Shown here: positions 48,533-59,736 of the stretch, piece after piece
How the letters are laid out: each line of letters opens with the position of its first letter
Position numbering within the stretch: position 1 is the stretch's first letter
Source of the DNA: Piromyces finnis finn
Taxonomy: Eukaryota; Fungi; Neocallimastigomycota
Assembly: GCA_002104945.1 (NCBI GenBank)
Contig: MCFH01000067.1
Coordinates: 62,001 to 126,000, forward strand
Length of the DNA: 64,000 bases
Direction of reading: 5' to 3'
Notes under the pieces: model-generated
Database searches by the model: none
Told to the model about the DNA's origin: nothing
What the model saw: only the letters and a program-made list of their open reading frames with translations
Program-made: the position numbers and the translations under genes

Positions 48533-49242
48533 TGTTAAGGAACCAACAAATAATGTTATTCTTGTCATAATTAATGATTATGACCTAATCCATTCATTAT
48601 TGTTCCTAAATGTATGAAAACTTTACAATATTCTTATTTGTAAATTAATGTATACACTTAAATTATATTTAAAATTATTAATAATTATTTTTTATTGAAC
48701 TTAAATTTTATTTTATTAAACTTAAAAATTAATTTAGTAATAATAATATATTGAAAATTATAGTTTATTGAACTTTTAGTTTAATTTATCAAGTTAATGA
48801 ATTTTTATTAATTAAAATTATGAATAATATTTCTGTAAAATAGTAAAATTTTTTAGTTAAATATATTTAAAGTAAACTTTTAATGTATGTTAATCAATTT
48901 AATAATATGTATAAATATTTATTATAATAGTAATGTAATTTTATTATTCATTTTAAAGTAATTTAAATACTAAAATTATGTAAATAATTAAAGACTAATT
49001 CTTTTAATTAACACTACTTAATTTTTTACAAAAAGTATAAAAAGGTGTATATTATAAGAATTAGAGAAAATACAGATATTTTTATTTTTATTTTTATTTT
49101 ATTTTATAATTTTATATTAATATCTTAATAAAACAATTTTATTAATAAAACAATTTTTCTTATTTCATTTTAATATTATTTTTGAGTATTAATAAATTTA
49201 TTAATATTTTATAAATAAAAGTAAATTCCTCGAACCGTAACA
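48533..49242 (+). repeat. 3' LTR (710 bp)
   Basis: Matches the 5' LTR. Confidence 0.95.
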
Positions 49243-49848
49243 AGAGTGATTAATATGTGAAGGTATCCTAATTCCATATAACTTTTCCCTACAACTAAAG
49301 ATTTATAATGCTTTATGGATGATAAAATAAAAATTAACACTATATTTGTTCAATAGACTTTTTTTTTTATTTATTTATTTATTTACTAGTTTTTTTTTAC
49401 AACTTTTTATTTACTTTATCAAAAATATTTTTATAGGATAATTATATATATTTTAATAATAATTTACTAAATTATGGATAATTATTATTTATATTCATTT
49501 AGTATTAATAAACATGAGTATATCATTGTATATTTATATTAGTTTAGATAATATTATTTAATCATCTTTCTATAGTGGATAAATTAATAAGTATATTGAA
49601 GATATAGATATAAAAATATATATAGATAGTAAAGCCAAAAGATGATTATTTTATATTTTATATTATATTTTAAAAATTAAAGATAACATAAAGTTCAAAA
49701 TTTTTTTTAATATTATTCTTATTGATTAGAGCTTTTAATATTATGTGTATCAATTTGTCAAATTTAATTTTTGTTGTAGAGTCGATATTTTTTTGAATTT
49801 ATACAAGACTTTTTATTTCAAAAAAAAAAAAAAAATATCTAAAGGTTT

Positions 49849-52470
49849 TTAACAACTAGATGGAATACCACACCAATTACCATCTTCGTAACCCCATTTA
49901 CCATCATTATCAATTTCGAAAACAGTACAAGACTTCTTACAACACTTGTAACCGAATTCTTCGGACCAGCATTCTTCTTCAACAATTTCATAGTATGGTG
50001 TAATACCACACCAGTCGTTTAACTTGAAGTCATAACCCCAGTCACCATAACTATCTGTGTAGTATACAGTCTTATTCTTTGAACTACAACATCTGTATCC
50101 AATGGTTTCAGCAATACATTTGTAATTTGGTTTAAGTGGAGTTGGTTCAACGACAACAGTAGTAGTAGTAGATTCAAGGGCAGGATTGGTTGGTTCAGTA
50201 GAAGTAGTAGTTGGTTCAACAGTAGTGGTGGTAGTAGATTCAACAACAGAAATAGAAGTTGGTTCAACAGTAGTGGTGGTAGTAGATTCAATAACAGAAG
50301 TAGTAGTTGGTTCGATAACAATGGTAGTGGTAGTGGTAGTAGTGATTGGTTCAACGGCTTCAGTAGTAGTAATTTCACCTTCAGAACCAGAAACAATCCA
50401 GTCAATGGCCTTTTCAAATTTGAAAGATTTAGTTTCACCCTTCTTAAGTGGAATCCAAACAGTTAATGGATCCTTACCAATTTGTTCAAGAGTAGCATCA
50501 GCTGGGAGAGAAGACTTCTTAACGTTAGTTGGAACAGTAATTGGAACAGTACAATCACCATTGGATGCAGAAACAGAAACACCAACAACTTGATCATTTT
50601 CAACTATTAACTTGGTTTCATGACCACAAGCTTCTAACTTGGCACGTTCAACATAAATATCAGCTTGTTTGCTAATCTTAATGGAGATTAATGGCCAATC
50701 AACGTATTTGGTGTAAAGGTTAACAACACTTCTAGTCCAATCTTCAAGAAGAGATTCACCATAATTTCCTTCCTTTTCGTAGTAACGAAGGTTAGCTTGG
50801 TGGAATTGGTGAGCTTCATGACGTAATTTAGTCATTAAAAGAAGGGTACGCTTACTTTCATGATCTAAAATTTCATCGTAACTAGAGTCTCTACCATAAT
50901 ATTCTCTGTATATTTCGTTAAATACCCAGGTATTTTCTTCCTTAGTAGAACAGTAATAGTAGACTTCAGTTGGAGTACGTGGAATAATTGGGAAACCTTC
51001 GAAATTACTACCTTCTAAAGTAGTGAAGAATGGAAGGTATGGGTTTTCTAAATTAGTAATAGCATTACGGGAAACATCACCAGTAGCGGAATGAATACCA
51101 TATTGTATGAAAACATCGAGAGCATCCTTGTTATGAAGACCAGAAATTTGTGGAGTAATAATAGAACTAGAAGACCAGTATTCGGTATCAAGAAGACCCA
51201 AGTATTTAGCCATTTCAATGTTTAAACGAATTTCATTGTCAACATCAGAAGCATCAAGTTGATCTAAATTTTCGTGAGTAAAGGTGTGAGAACTCCAGAA
51301 AAATTCTCTTTGAATGGTATCATTGTTTCTAAGGAAATTATAGACTGGATCTTTTTCAAAAGTAGCAATTTGTTTTGGAGTGAATTGATAGTTTTCAGAT
51401 GGCCAACGCTTATCACCAGTACCTGGTTCCTTTACCCATTCTTCATCATGATAACGATTTGGATCAATCTTCATGGATTGTTCGTAGTCACCAATAATTA
51501 AGACACCATTACCATTGAAAGCTAATTCACAGCGGTAGAAAGAACCTTCTGGCATAATATCTAAAACATCCTTTTGGAATTGAGCAATCTTTTCATATTC
51601 GAATGGAGAAGTACGAATAGTTTCACCACCATAAATAGTTCCCTTCTTTGGGTTAACTAATTCAGTAGCTAAAATAACATCATCAATATGTGGAGTGAAG
51701 TAAACACGACGGAAACCATTGAATAAAGAACGAGTACCCCATGTTAACCATAAATGATTAAGGATAATACTACTTTGATGCCATGAACCAAAACCAAAGA
51801 AGAAACTCATGACTTCACGACCATCTTCATATTTAGCAAGAGTAGCAGCAACAGCACCTTGTTTACCATCATCTTCATAGTATAAGAATGGTTTAGTAGT
51901 TTTAGTGTTAATAATCTTAACACGAGTATGGTAAATTTCATCAACATTTATTGGAGCGGTAATTTTAACTCTAGCATCATCGAAAATCTTTTGGACTTCT
52001 TCACTCTTTTCAACCATTAATGGTTGGTCACTTAAAGATTGGCCCCAATTATTTGGATTTTCTAAAGCAATATCAGTTCTGTAAGAAATATCATCAGAAA
52101 TAATAACTCTACGAATACTGTTTTTTGCTTCATATTCTTCAATAAAAGACCATTGATTAGCACTTAAGGCACTTATCCATCTGCCATCAACTTCGTAAAT
52201 AAGATTACCACCATTAACAACAATAAGATTGTATTTTGGATCGTTATTTTCATCATATAAATCTAAATTTCCAGTAAATGGTTCAGATGGTTTGAATTCG
52301 ATCATATCATATGGAATACCATAGGATTGGAAATTAAGTTTAATGGTGTCAGTTCCTAAACCCTCAGTAGTTAAAACTAAAGTTTTCATATTAATTGATT
52401 TCTTACAAGAAACCATGGTAACAGCAAAGACTGTAACAACAGTCTTAAAAATTTTTGATAAAAGAGCCAT
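49849..52470 (-). CDS. Secreted Agd3/CE18-like polysaccharide deacetylase with Thr-rich linker and two C-terminal fungal dockerins
   Basis: Signal peptide. RRVYFTPHIDD, SHTFTHENLD, ITPQISGLHN and FHQANL resemble recalled Aspergillus Agd3 motifs. Two GYxCC...WG...WCGI dockerins. Confidence 0.75.
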   Translation of the reverse strand: MALLSKIFKTVVTVFAVTMVSCKKSINMKTLVLTTEGLGTDTIKLNFQSYGIPYDMIEFKPSEPFTGNLDLYDENNDPKYNLIVVNGGNLIYEVDGRWISALSANQWSFIEEYEAKNSIRRVIISDDISYRTDIALENPNNWGQSLSDQPLMVEKSEEVQKIFDDARVKITAPINVDEIYHTRVKIINTKTTKPFLYYEDDGKQGAVAATLAKYEDGREVMSFFFGFGSWHQSSIILNHLWLTWGTRSLFNGFRRVYFTPHIDDVILATELVNPKKGTIYGGETIRTSPFEYEKIAQFQKDVLDIMPEGSFYRCELAFNGNGVLIIGDYEQSMKIDPNRYHDEEWVKEPGTGDKRWPSENYQFTPKQIATFEKDPVYNFLRNNDTIQREFFWSSHTFTHENLDQLDASDVDNEIRLNIEMAKYLGLLDTEYWSSSSIITPQISGLHNKDALDVFIQYGIHSATGDVSRNAITNLENPYLPFFTTLEGSNFEGFPIIPRTPTEVYYYCSTKEENTWVFNEIYREYYGRDSSYDEILDHESKRTLLLMTKLRHEAHQFHQANLRYYEKEGNYGESLLEDWTRSVVNLYTKYVDWPLISIKISKQADIYVERAKLEACGHETKLIVENDQVVGVSVSASNGDCTVPITVPTNVKKSSLPADATLEQIGKDPLTVWIPLKKGETKSFKFEKAIDWIVSGSEGEITTTEAVEPITTTTTTTIVIEPTTTSVIESTTTTTVEPTSISVVESTTTTTVEPTTTSTEPTNPALESTTTTVVVEPTPLKPNYKCIAETIGYRCCSSKNKTVYYTDSYGDWGYDFKLNDWCGITPYYEIVEEECWSEEFGYKCCKKSCTVFEIDNDGKWGYEDGNWCGIPSSC

Positions 52471-52873
52471 TTTGATATATAAATTCTATAGTTTGTATAT
52501 ATTTTATAATTTTATTATAATTTATAAATTTTATTCTAAATTTTATTGTAGTTTCAATCTTATTTATTTTTTTCTTTTTTATTTTTAGTTAATAGATACT
52601 TTTGATTATTTAAAATAAAAAATAAATAAGTCTATATATTGATACTTTGTATAGTAATATTATTGAAAAAAAAAAAATAATGATTTGTTTATAATAACAA
52701 ATTTAGTTTTATTTTTTCTCAATATTTTATATTTAATATTATTTAAATATTTAAATTATAATTTATATAATATTTAATAATATTTTTTCTCCTTCTTCTT
52801 TATCTAATTTTGTTCTTTCTTTTTTTTTTTTTATTTTAATTCCTCCAAATATTTTATAAAATATATATAGTAC

Positions 52874-52906
<33 letters not shown>

Positions 52907-53073
52907 TTTTTTTTTATTAAATATTTTTAGGCGTAAAAAAGAAAAGGCAAAAACTTTACTCTTTATATACTTTTTTTAAATAAAAACTCTTTATTAATAA
53001 AAATTTAAATGAAAAAGAAAAAAAGATATTGGTTAAAAAGTAATGTAAAAAAAAAAATATTTAAATGAATAAT

Positions 53074-53610
53074 TTTTTTTTTTTTTTTTTTTTTAGACTT
53101 CCATATATCCTCATCTAACCCCCTGAGTTATATATGGTATGTGATTGTACATTATTGTACATTGCCATATCAGAACGACGTCGGCACAATCATCCCTCTG
53201 GGCAGGGCTAATATGGAATGGCTTATTGCTCTTAACGATCCTATCACACAAAGACCGAGCTACCAACACCAGTGATCTCCTGAACCTTTATTGGCGAAGG
53301 ATGATTAACGATGAGAACAACCCTCAAAGACCATAGTTAGTAATCTGTGAATTAATTGATACCCCTTCCTACATATACTCTAAACTTCAGTGGGAAAACC
53401 GCTTGATACGGAGAAAACTACCAATCTGAATTAACTGCTTAGGGTAGAGTCCGGTGGTATAGTTATACTTACCTGAATTGACCTTTAACCCCTATACTTT
53501 AAGCGCAAACCTGAAACAGGAAAATCGCTAAAGAACTGTCAATGGCGGGGGTCGAACCAGAAGCCTTATGAATGCTAAGCGGGGGTCTCCAGGATAGAAA
53601 CTGGAACGAC
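53074..53610 (-). mobile_element. SINE-like element 2: same head as element 1, LINE-2-related motif, poly-A, 14-bp TSD
   Basis: TSD tttaaatgaataat at 53060-53073 and 53611-53624. Head gtcgttccag...cttagcattcataaggcttctggttcgacccc. Confidence 0.8.
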
Positions 53611-56349
53611 TTTAAATGAATAATAATTTAATAATATTTAAATAATTGAAATTATATTTAGGAAAGATTAATATTTGTATTACGTAGGACGACAGAGTAT
53701 TTATCTATCTATTTATTTATTTTTATTCTAATAATTTATTTATTATTATATTTATTTATTTATTTAGTTTTCAAAATTCAAAATTATTTTGTTCAATTGT
53801 TATTTGTTTTCAATTTATTATTATATTCATCCATCCATATTAATTTTTAAAACATTCAATTGAAAAACTAATTAAATCAATATTTTATTATTAAATAAAG
53901 TTTATTAATATTACATTTTTAATATTGATATCTTAATTTTTAATCTAAATTAAATTTATTTCATCTATTTTTATATTAAATATTAAATTAAATTTATCGA
54001 TAGAATGGCAATTTTTATATTGATTTTATGACTTAGCCATATAAATGAATTTTTAAATGTAACACAATTGTGTGATACATTATAATCAAATAATTTAATA
54101 AAATATCAATATATTATATTACATTCTAATATAGGTTCATTGTATATTTTAAAACAAAAAATTTCCCAAATTAAATTTTTATCTTCTTTTTTTCTAAAAA
54201 ATTTTTTTTAATTGAAATTGACCCCTTTTTTTTTTTGAATTTATAATTTTTAAATAGAAGGAAAGAAAAAACTAGTAAGTTTGATCGCAACCTTTTTTTA
54301 ATAAAGAATTTTTTATTATTTTTTTTAATAAAGAAATAAAGAGAAAAAAAAGATGATAAATACAAGAATTAATTATAGAAAGCATACAGTACATGAATAG
54401 AATGACGACTATTAATGCTATTGAAGAGTAAATAAGTGATGAATATGACGGGTGATGATGTATTGTTTTTTATTGTTATACAAGTAATGCTAATTTTTTT
54501 TTAATATATTATTTTTATTACATTAATTTCATTTAAATACATTTTAATACATTTTGTATTATGAATATTGTATTGAAAAATAATAAAAACTAACACAATA
54601 CAATTATTATTATTATTGAAAATAATAATTATCTTAGTTATATAATAGCTAATAATATTAAAGTTAAAATTATTAATCTTAAAAAAGAAAAGGCCTTTGT
54701 TATTCTATTTTGAATGAAATGAAACGACGAAACACCAGAATCAAAAACAATTCAATGTTTAAATTTATAAATATGTATATATTTTTAAGGATTATTTATT
54801 CATGATTTATAATTATAATGGTACTTTTAATATAAATTATAATTATTATAATTATGTAATAACGATACCATTAAATTCACTTCAATCATGGATACCAATT
54901 TGAATAATCATTATTTATAGATTATTATTAATTATTTCAACTATATCATAAATAAAGAATATTACTATATTACTTATATTCTAAAAGTTTTTATTAAAAG
55001 GTTAAAATTTATAGATTATAAAAATGTAAATAGTTGAAATCATAATAAAATAAAAATAAAAATAAACATTGTTTATTATAAAAATTAATAATAAATAATG
55101 TATATATGATATAATCATGTATTGAAAATGTAGGAAATAACTAATAATTAAAGTCTAATTTTAATAAAAATTTATTTATTTAGAAATAAGAATATTATTA
55201 ACTTCACAGGACGACACATTTCTATAATATTATGTATATTATAAGTGAGAAACGATATGTGCAATTATAATAAGAGAAATGCTAATTTTTAAATAGTATA
55301 AATAGTAGAAAATAGCTCATTTAAAAAGGGAGTGATTAATAGTTCATAAAATAGCAAATAATAAAAGATCATTAAAACCTTTATAAATATAATTTTTATA
55401 ACAAAATCCTATCAAATATTATTATTTCAAATTAATAAAATAATTTAATATAACACTATAGAAAATAAAAAAAAAAAAAAAATAAATATTATTGTATAAA
55501 GTTTTTTTTTTTTTTTTAACTTTTATATAAATTAAAATTTATTTATTTTTAATATGAAAAATTGAAATATAAATAATTTAAACCATTTGATTATATTACT
55601 TTTTTTATATTTCTTTATACATTACTTTTTTTTATTTTTTTTTACCTTTAATTAGAATAGAAAAAAATAAGAAATAATATTTTTTTTAACTTTACTTTAT
55701 TTTCTAATATTTTTCTATTTCTTTATTCTAGTTTTCTTATAATTATAGTAATTTAAACTTTAATTACTTTTTGTATTATTGAAAACTCACTTATATAATT
55801 TTGATTAGCATGGATATTAGACCAATGATATGTTTAACATTTTTATTTAAACACATCTACCCTTTAGATTCTATGAATGAAATTTGCTATAGAGTTACTA
55901 TTATTAGTAGTAATATTAATTAAGATTGAGCCAAAATCTTTATTATTATTATTGAAAGGAATGAGAGATTTATAAACTAAATCCGTATATTAAGTATTTT
56001 TTCACCATTTTCTATAGGATAGTTTATATAAAACAGATAGATATTTATATTATTTAAAGAAGAAGGATTGTTCTTTAAATTATTTTTTCAATTTTTTATT
56101 TTTTCGGAAAACGAATAATAATATGATAATAACAATTTCAGATATGCTCATTGCTATTGATAACTTATTTAATCTATTAAAAACCTGTCTAGTAGTATTA
56201 TTATAATTATCAGAAAAACTATAATCCAAGATCTATTCTATTAAGTATATTTATATTCGAAATTATAAAGTTTAATTAGTGATACATTTAATAATTGCAT
56301 TAATTGCGATAATATAAATGACAAGAATTTACAAAATGGAAAATAAATA

Positions 56350-56408
56350 AAAATATTAGCGAAAATGGACTTAGTGGTTTAATCCCAAAAGAGATTACGG
56401 AACTAATA

Positions 56409-56460
<52 letters not shown>

Positions 56461-56476
56461 GTAATAGTAATAATTA

Positions 56477-56517
<41 letters not shown>

Positions 56518-56533
56518 GTAATAGTAATAATTA

Positions 56534-56571
<38 letters not shown>

Positions 56572-56587
56572 GTAATAGTAATAATTA

Positions 56588-56627
<40 letters not shown>

Positions 56628-57245
56628 TAGAGTAATAATAATAATAACAATAATAATAATAATAATAATAATTTAAATTTATATATATAATACTTTGTTT
56701 TTTTTCTCTACCTATAATAGAATATAATGATTTTTATTTTAAATTTTTTTTTAAATATATATTTTTATACAATATAACTGGTATGATAATTATAATACCA
56801 AACCAATTTTAATCAAGGATATAAATCTAAAAAAGGATGATTCCACATATCAGAATAAGGACTATTCTGAAAACCAGAATGATGATGATTCAGATAATAA
56901 ACCATTATTAACTACAGTAATTATACCATGAATAAGTATTATTGCTGTATTTGTTATATTCCTAGTTTCTAAAATAAATAAAAAAAATGGTTTAAAGAAC
57001 AACAATGATTCTGTCACTGTAAATATAGAGAATTAAATTTCTACACGTGATTCTTCAAGTAATACAAAAAGAACATCATCTAATATAATAATTTATACTG
57101 CACTTCTTGCTTCAGTTAATAATGCAATAGAGAATAATTGTATTCATTCAAAATTTGTTACTTCAATTAATAATAGAAATATTAGTTCTCAAAATAATGA
57201 ATCAGTAAATAATAATAACAATGGTAAGAGATTATCAAATTATTA
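56350..57245 (+). pseudogene. Degenerate LRR receptor-like paralog (last LRR exon plus TM/tail exon with stops)
   Basis: ISENGLSGLIPKEITEL runs into an AAT tract. 56780-57245 parallels the terminal exon at 61781-62288 but contains stops. Confidence 0.7.
56409..56671. repeat. (AAT)n microsatellite with periodic agtaatagtaataattaga interruptions
   Basis: Seen directly. Confidence 0.95.
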
Positions 57246-57461
57246 AATATATTTCTAAAAATTAATAATAATAATATTTATTTGAATATTATTGTTTTGT
57301 ACATTGCATTTCTTTGTTCATACTAGACATTTTATATTTATTTAAACATGAATTAAATCTTTTCTTCTTTTTTAAGTTTAATAAAATTATATTTATAACT
57401 TTGTTCTTCATTAAGTAAATGTCCCATATTTAAAATCATTCATATAATAATAATTAATAAA

Positions 57462-57571
<110 letters not shown>

Positions 57572-57572
57572 G

Positions 57573-58580
57573 AAATCTAGGTAATAATATTTTAAATGGA
57601 ACTATTCCATCAGAATTTGGAAAACTATCAAACTTACAAACATTGTAAATTGTTTTATATAATTTATTTAAAAATTCATATTTTTATATATAATATTAAT
57701 AAAAAACATATCTTTTTTAAAATAATGCATAACCTCTTTCTTCATTAATATAATATATAAAAGAAAACTCAAAAACAATACTTTAACTGGTCTAATTCCA
57801 TCTGATCTTGGAAAATTACCAAACTTAAAAGAATTGTAATCTTTTTTATATTTATCATAAAGATAGTAAAAATTGTAATACTTAATAATTTGAATTTATA
57901 TTTTATTTAATAATTTAAACTAACAGAGATATAAGTGAAAATGGGTTTAGTGGTTCTATACCAGACGAAATTAAGATGAATGATAATATAGATTTGTAAA
58001 TATCTTAAACTTTTCTTTTTTATTTATATGATTTTATAGTTTTACAATTATCATTGAATAAAGAAGTTTTATATTAAAAAAGTTTTATATATTTAATAAA
58101 ATTTATTTATATTGTAGTACATACAAAAATTATAATGATATTAATAAAGTTAAACCAGTAGTGAATGATACAAATTCAAACGAGGCTAATTTAAATTATA
58201 AACCATCATCATTTAATAAAATAATAGTAATTGAAATGATAATGATAATTACTATTATAATAGCCATATTTTTAGTCTTAACTTTACAGAAAAAGAAAAG
58301 AAGTAATGATAAAAATTTAACAAATTCATATTATTCACGAATTATCAATGATTCATCAGGACGTAACATAATAGTTAATACAAATGATAATAATGATGAC
58401 AATGACTCAATTATTATAAATACGATAACCAATGTTAGAACTAATTTTAATAGTTTATTGAATGATTCCGATAGTAATCCTAATATTACACTTGTTGCAA
58501 CGGACCAACCTCCAAAATATGAAGATATAATAGAAGAAAATATAGAAATAAATCAAAGTAGTATAAATGCAAATAGATGA
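57573..58580 (+). pseudogene. 5'-truncated LRR receptor-like paralog: exons 57573-57644 (72), 57764-57835 (72), 57927-57995 (69), 58118-58580 (TM plus PPKY tail)
   Basis: AG/GT-bounded phase-2 exons join in frame. TM IIVIEMIMIITIIIAIFLVLTL, PPKY at 58509-58520. No signal-peptide exon was found upstream of the AAT run. Confidence 0.75.
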
Positions 58581-59736
58581 ATTTTCGATAATTTAAAGGT
58601 GGAAATGGATGATGTATTGGAAGAAGTTGGGTTATATCAATTCCATATAAAATAAAAACCTCTTTTTAGAATTTATTTTAACTATCCATTATTGAATAAA
58701 GTAAAAATATATTAAATAAAGTTTATTTAAAATATAAATAAATGAAGCAATTAAAATTTAAATTTTAATAAATTAATAATTAAGTAAATTCGTGTAACAA
58801 GAGTTCCATTTTTAGTGTAAATCCTTAAATTAAAATCCAATAAAATTTCATATAAAACATCACAAATGAAAGTTACACAATATTCTAATATTATTAATGA
58901 TATTAATAAATTAATAAAGTTTTATAATTTTATATTAATTATTCTTTTTTTTTTTTTTTAAACAAAAAATGTAAAAATTAAAATGAATTCTATTCTCTAA
59001 TTATGTCAATAATGACTTTAATAATAATGATAGTAAAATAAGTTAATAAACTATACCTCTCTAACTAGTTTACATTGGCAATTTAATGAATGAAAATGAT
59101 ATTTCTATAGGTATATTCTCAGCATTCAATATTAATTTACATTACATTACATTTAAGCGAAATTATAGGAAAAAATTCATCTATAGTTCATCTATTAATA
59201 GTATTGTTTTATGTTTTATATTGTCATGGCATGGATCATTGAGGTAGTTAGGAGTATCTTTGTGAAGTTGGCTCAGTCAGCAGCGCGTAAGTCTCGTAAT
59301 TAAAATGTAAATAGAAATAAAAAAAATCTTTTATATAAAAATAAAATCATTACTTTTTACTCCCCTCCATAAAAAAATAATTATCCTTTACAATTAATTA
59401 TCCGTTTTTAATTCATAAATTATTATTTCTATTATTATTTTTAATTTCAAATGTAGCTTTTTAAATCAAAAAATTCGTGTAACATTTAATTTGTGTAACA
59501 ATAATGATTTTCTAATTAGCCAATAAAATTAAAGCAATATTTTATGAATTACATTTCTATTATTGTTTTTCCAAATTAATATTAAATAAGATTTGATTAT
59601 CATTATTATTATAGTTGACTTTTTTTTACCTTTTTTTTTTTGCCGTTTTTAAAAATAATAGTTCTTTTATTTTAATTTAATAATGCAAAATGTGAATGAA
59701 AAAAAAAAAAAAAAAAAAAGATAGATATAGGAAAAA

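Larger units (their letters stand above)
41340..49242 (+). mobile_element. Complete Ty3/Gypsy LTR retrotransposon with 4-bp TSD agag
   Basis: TG...CA LTRs of equal length, PBS, gag, pol in PR-RT-RH-IN order, G-rich PPT-like tract at about 48522-48530. agag at 41336-41339 and 49243-49246. Confidence 0.95.

Noticed and set aside
53540-53610. Functional tRNA gene or hammerhead/HDV ribozyme in the SINE head
   Set aside because: The T-stem and acceptor stem are poor, the anticodon-like loop lacks U33, and there is no clear A-box. cttatga is not CUGANGA, and no HDV P1.1/J4-2 was found. Kept only as a tRNA-like head.
58161-58580. Stand-alone small membrane proteins (58161-58580, 61893-62288) and signal-peptide ORF 33534-33776
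   Set aside because: They are terminal or first exons of spliced LRR genes.
58575-58655. SAM domain after the stop of the truncated receptor (DDVLEEVGLYQF)
   Set aside because: Only a short resemblance of about 25 aa, followed by a stop; too weak without an HMM search.
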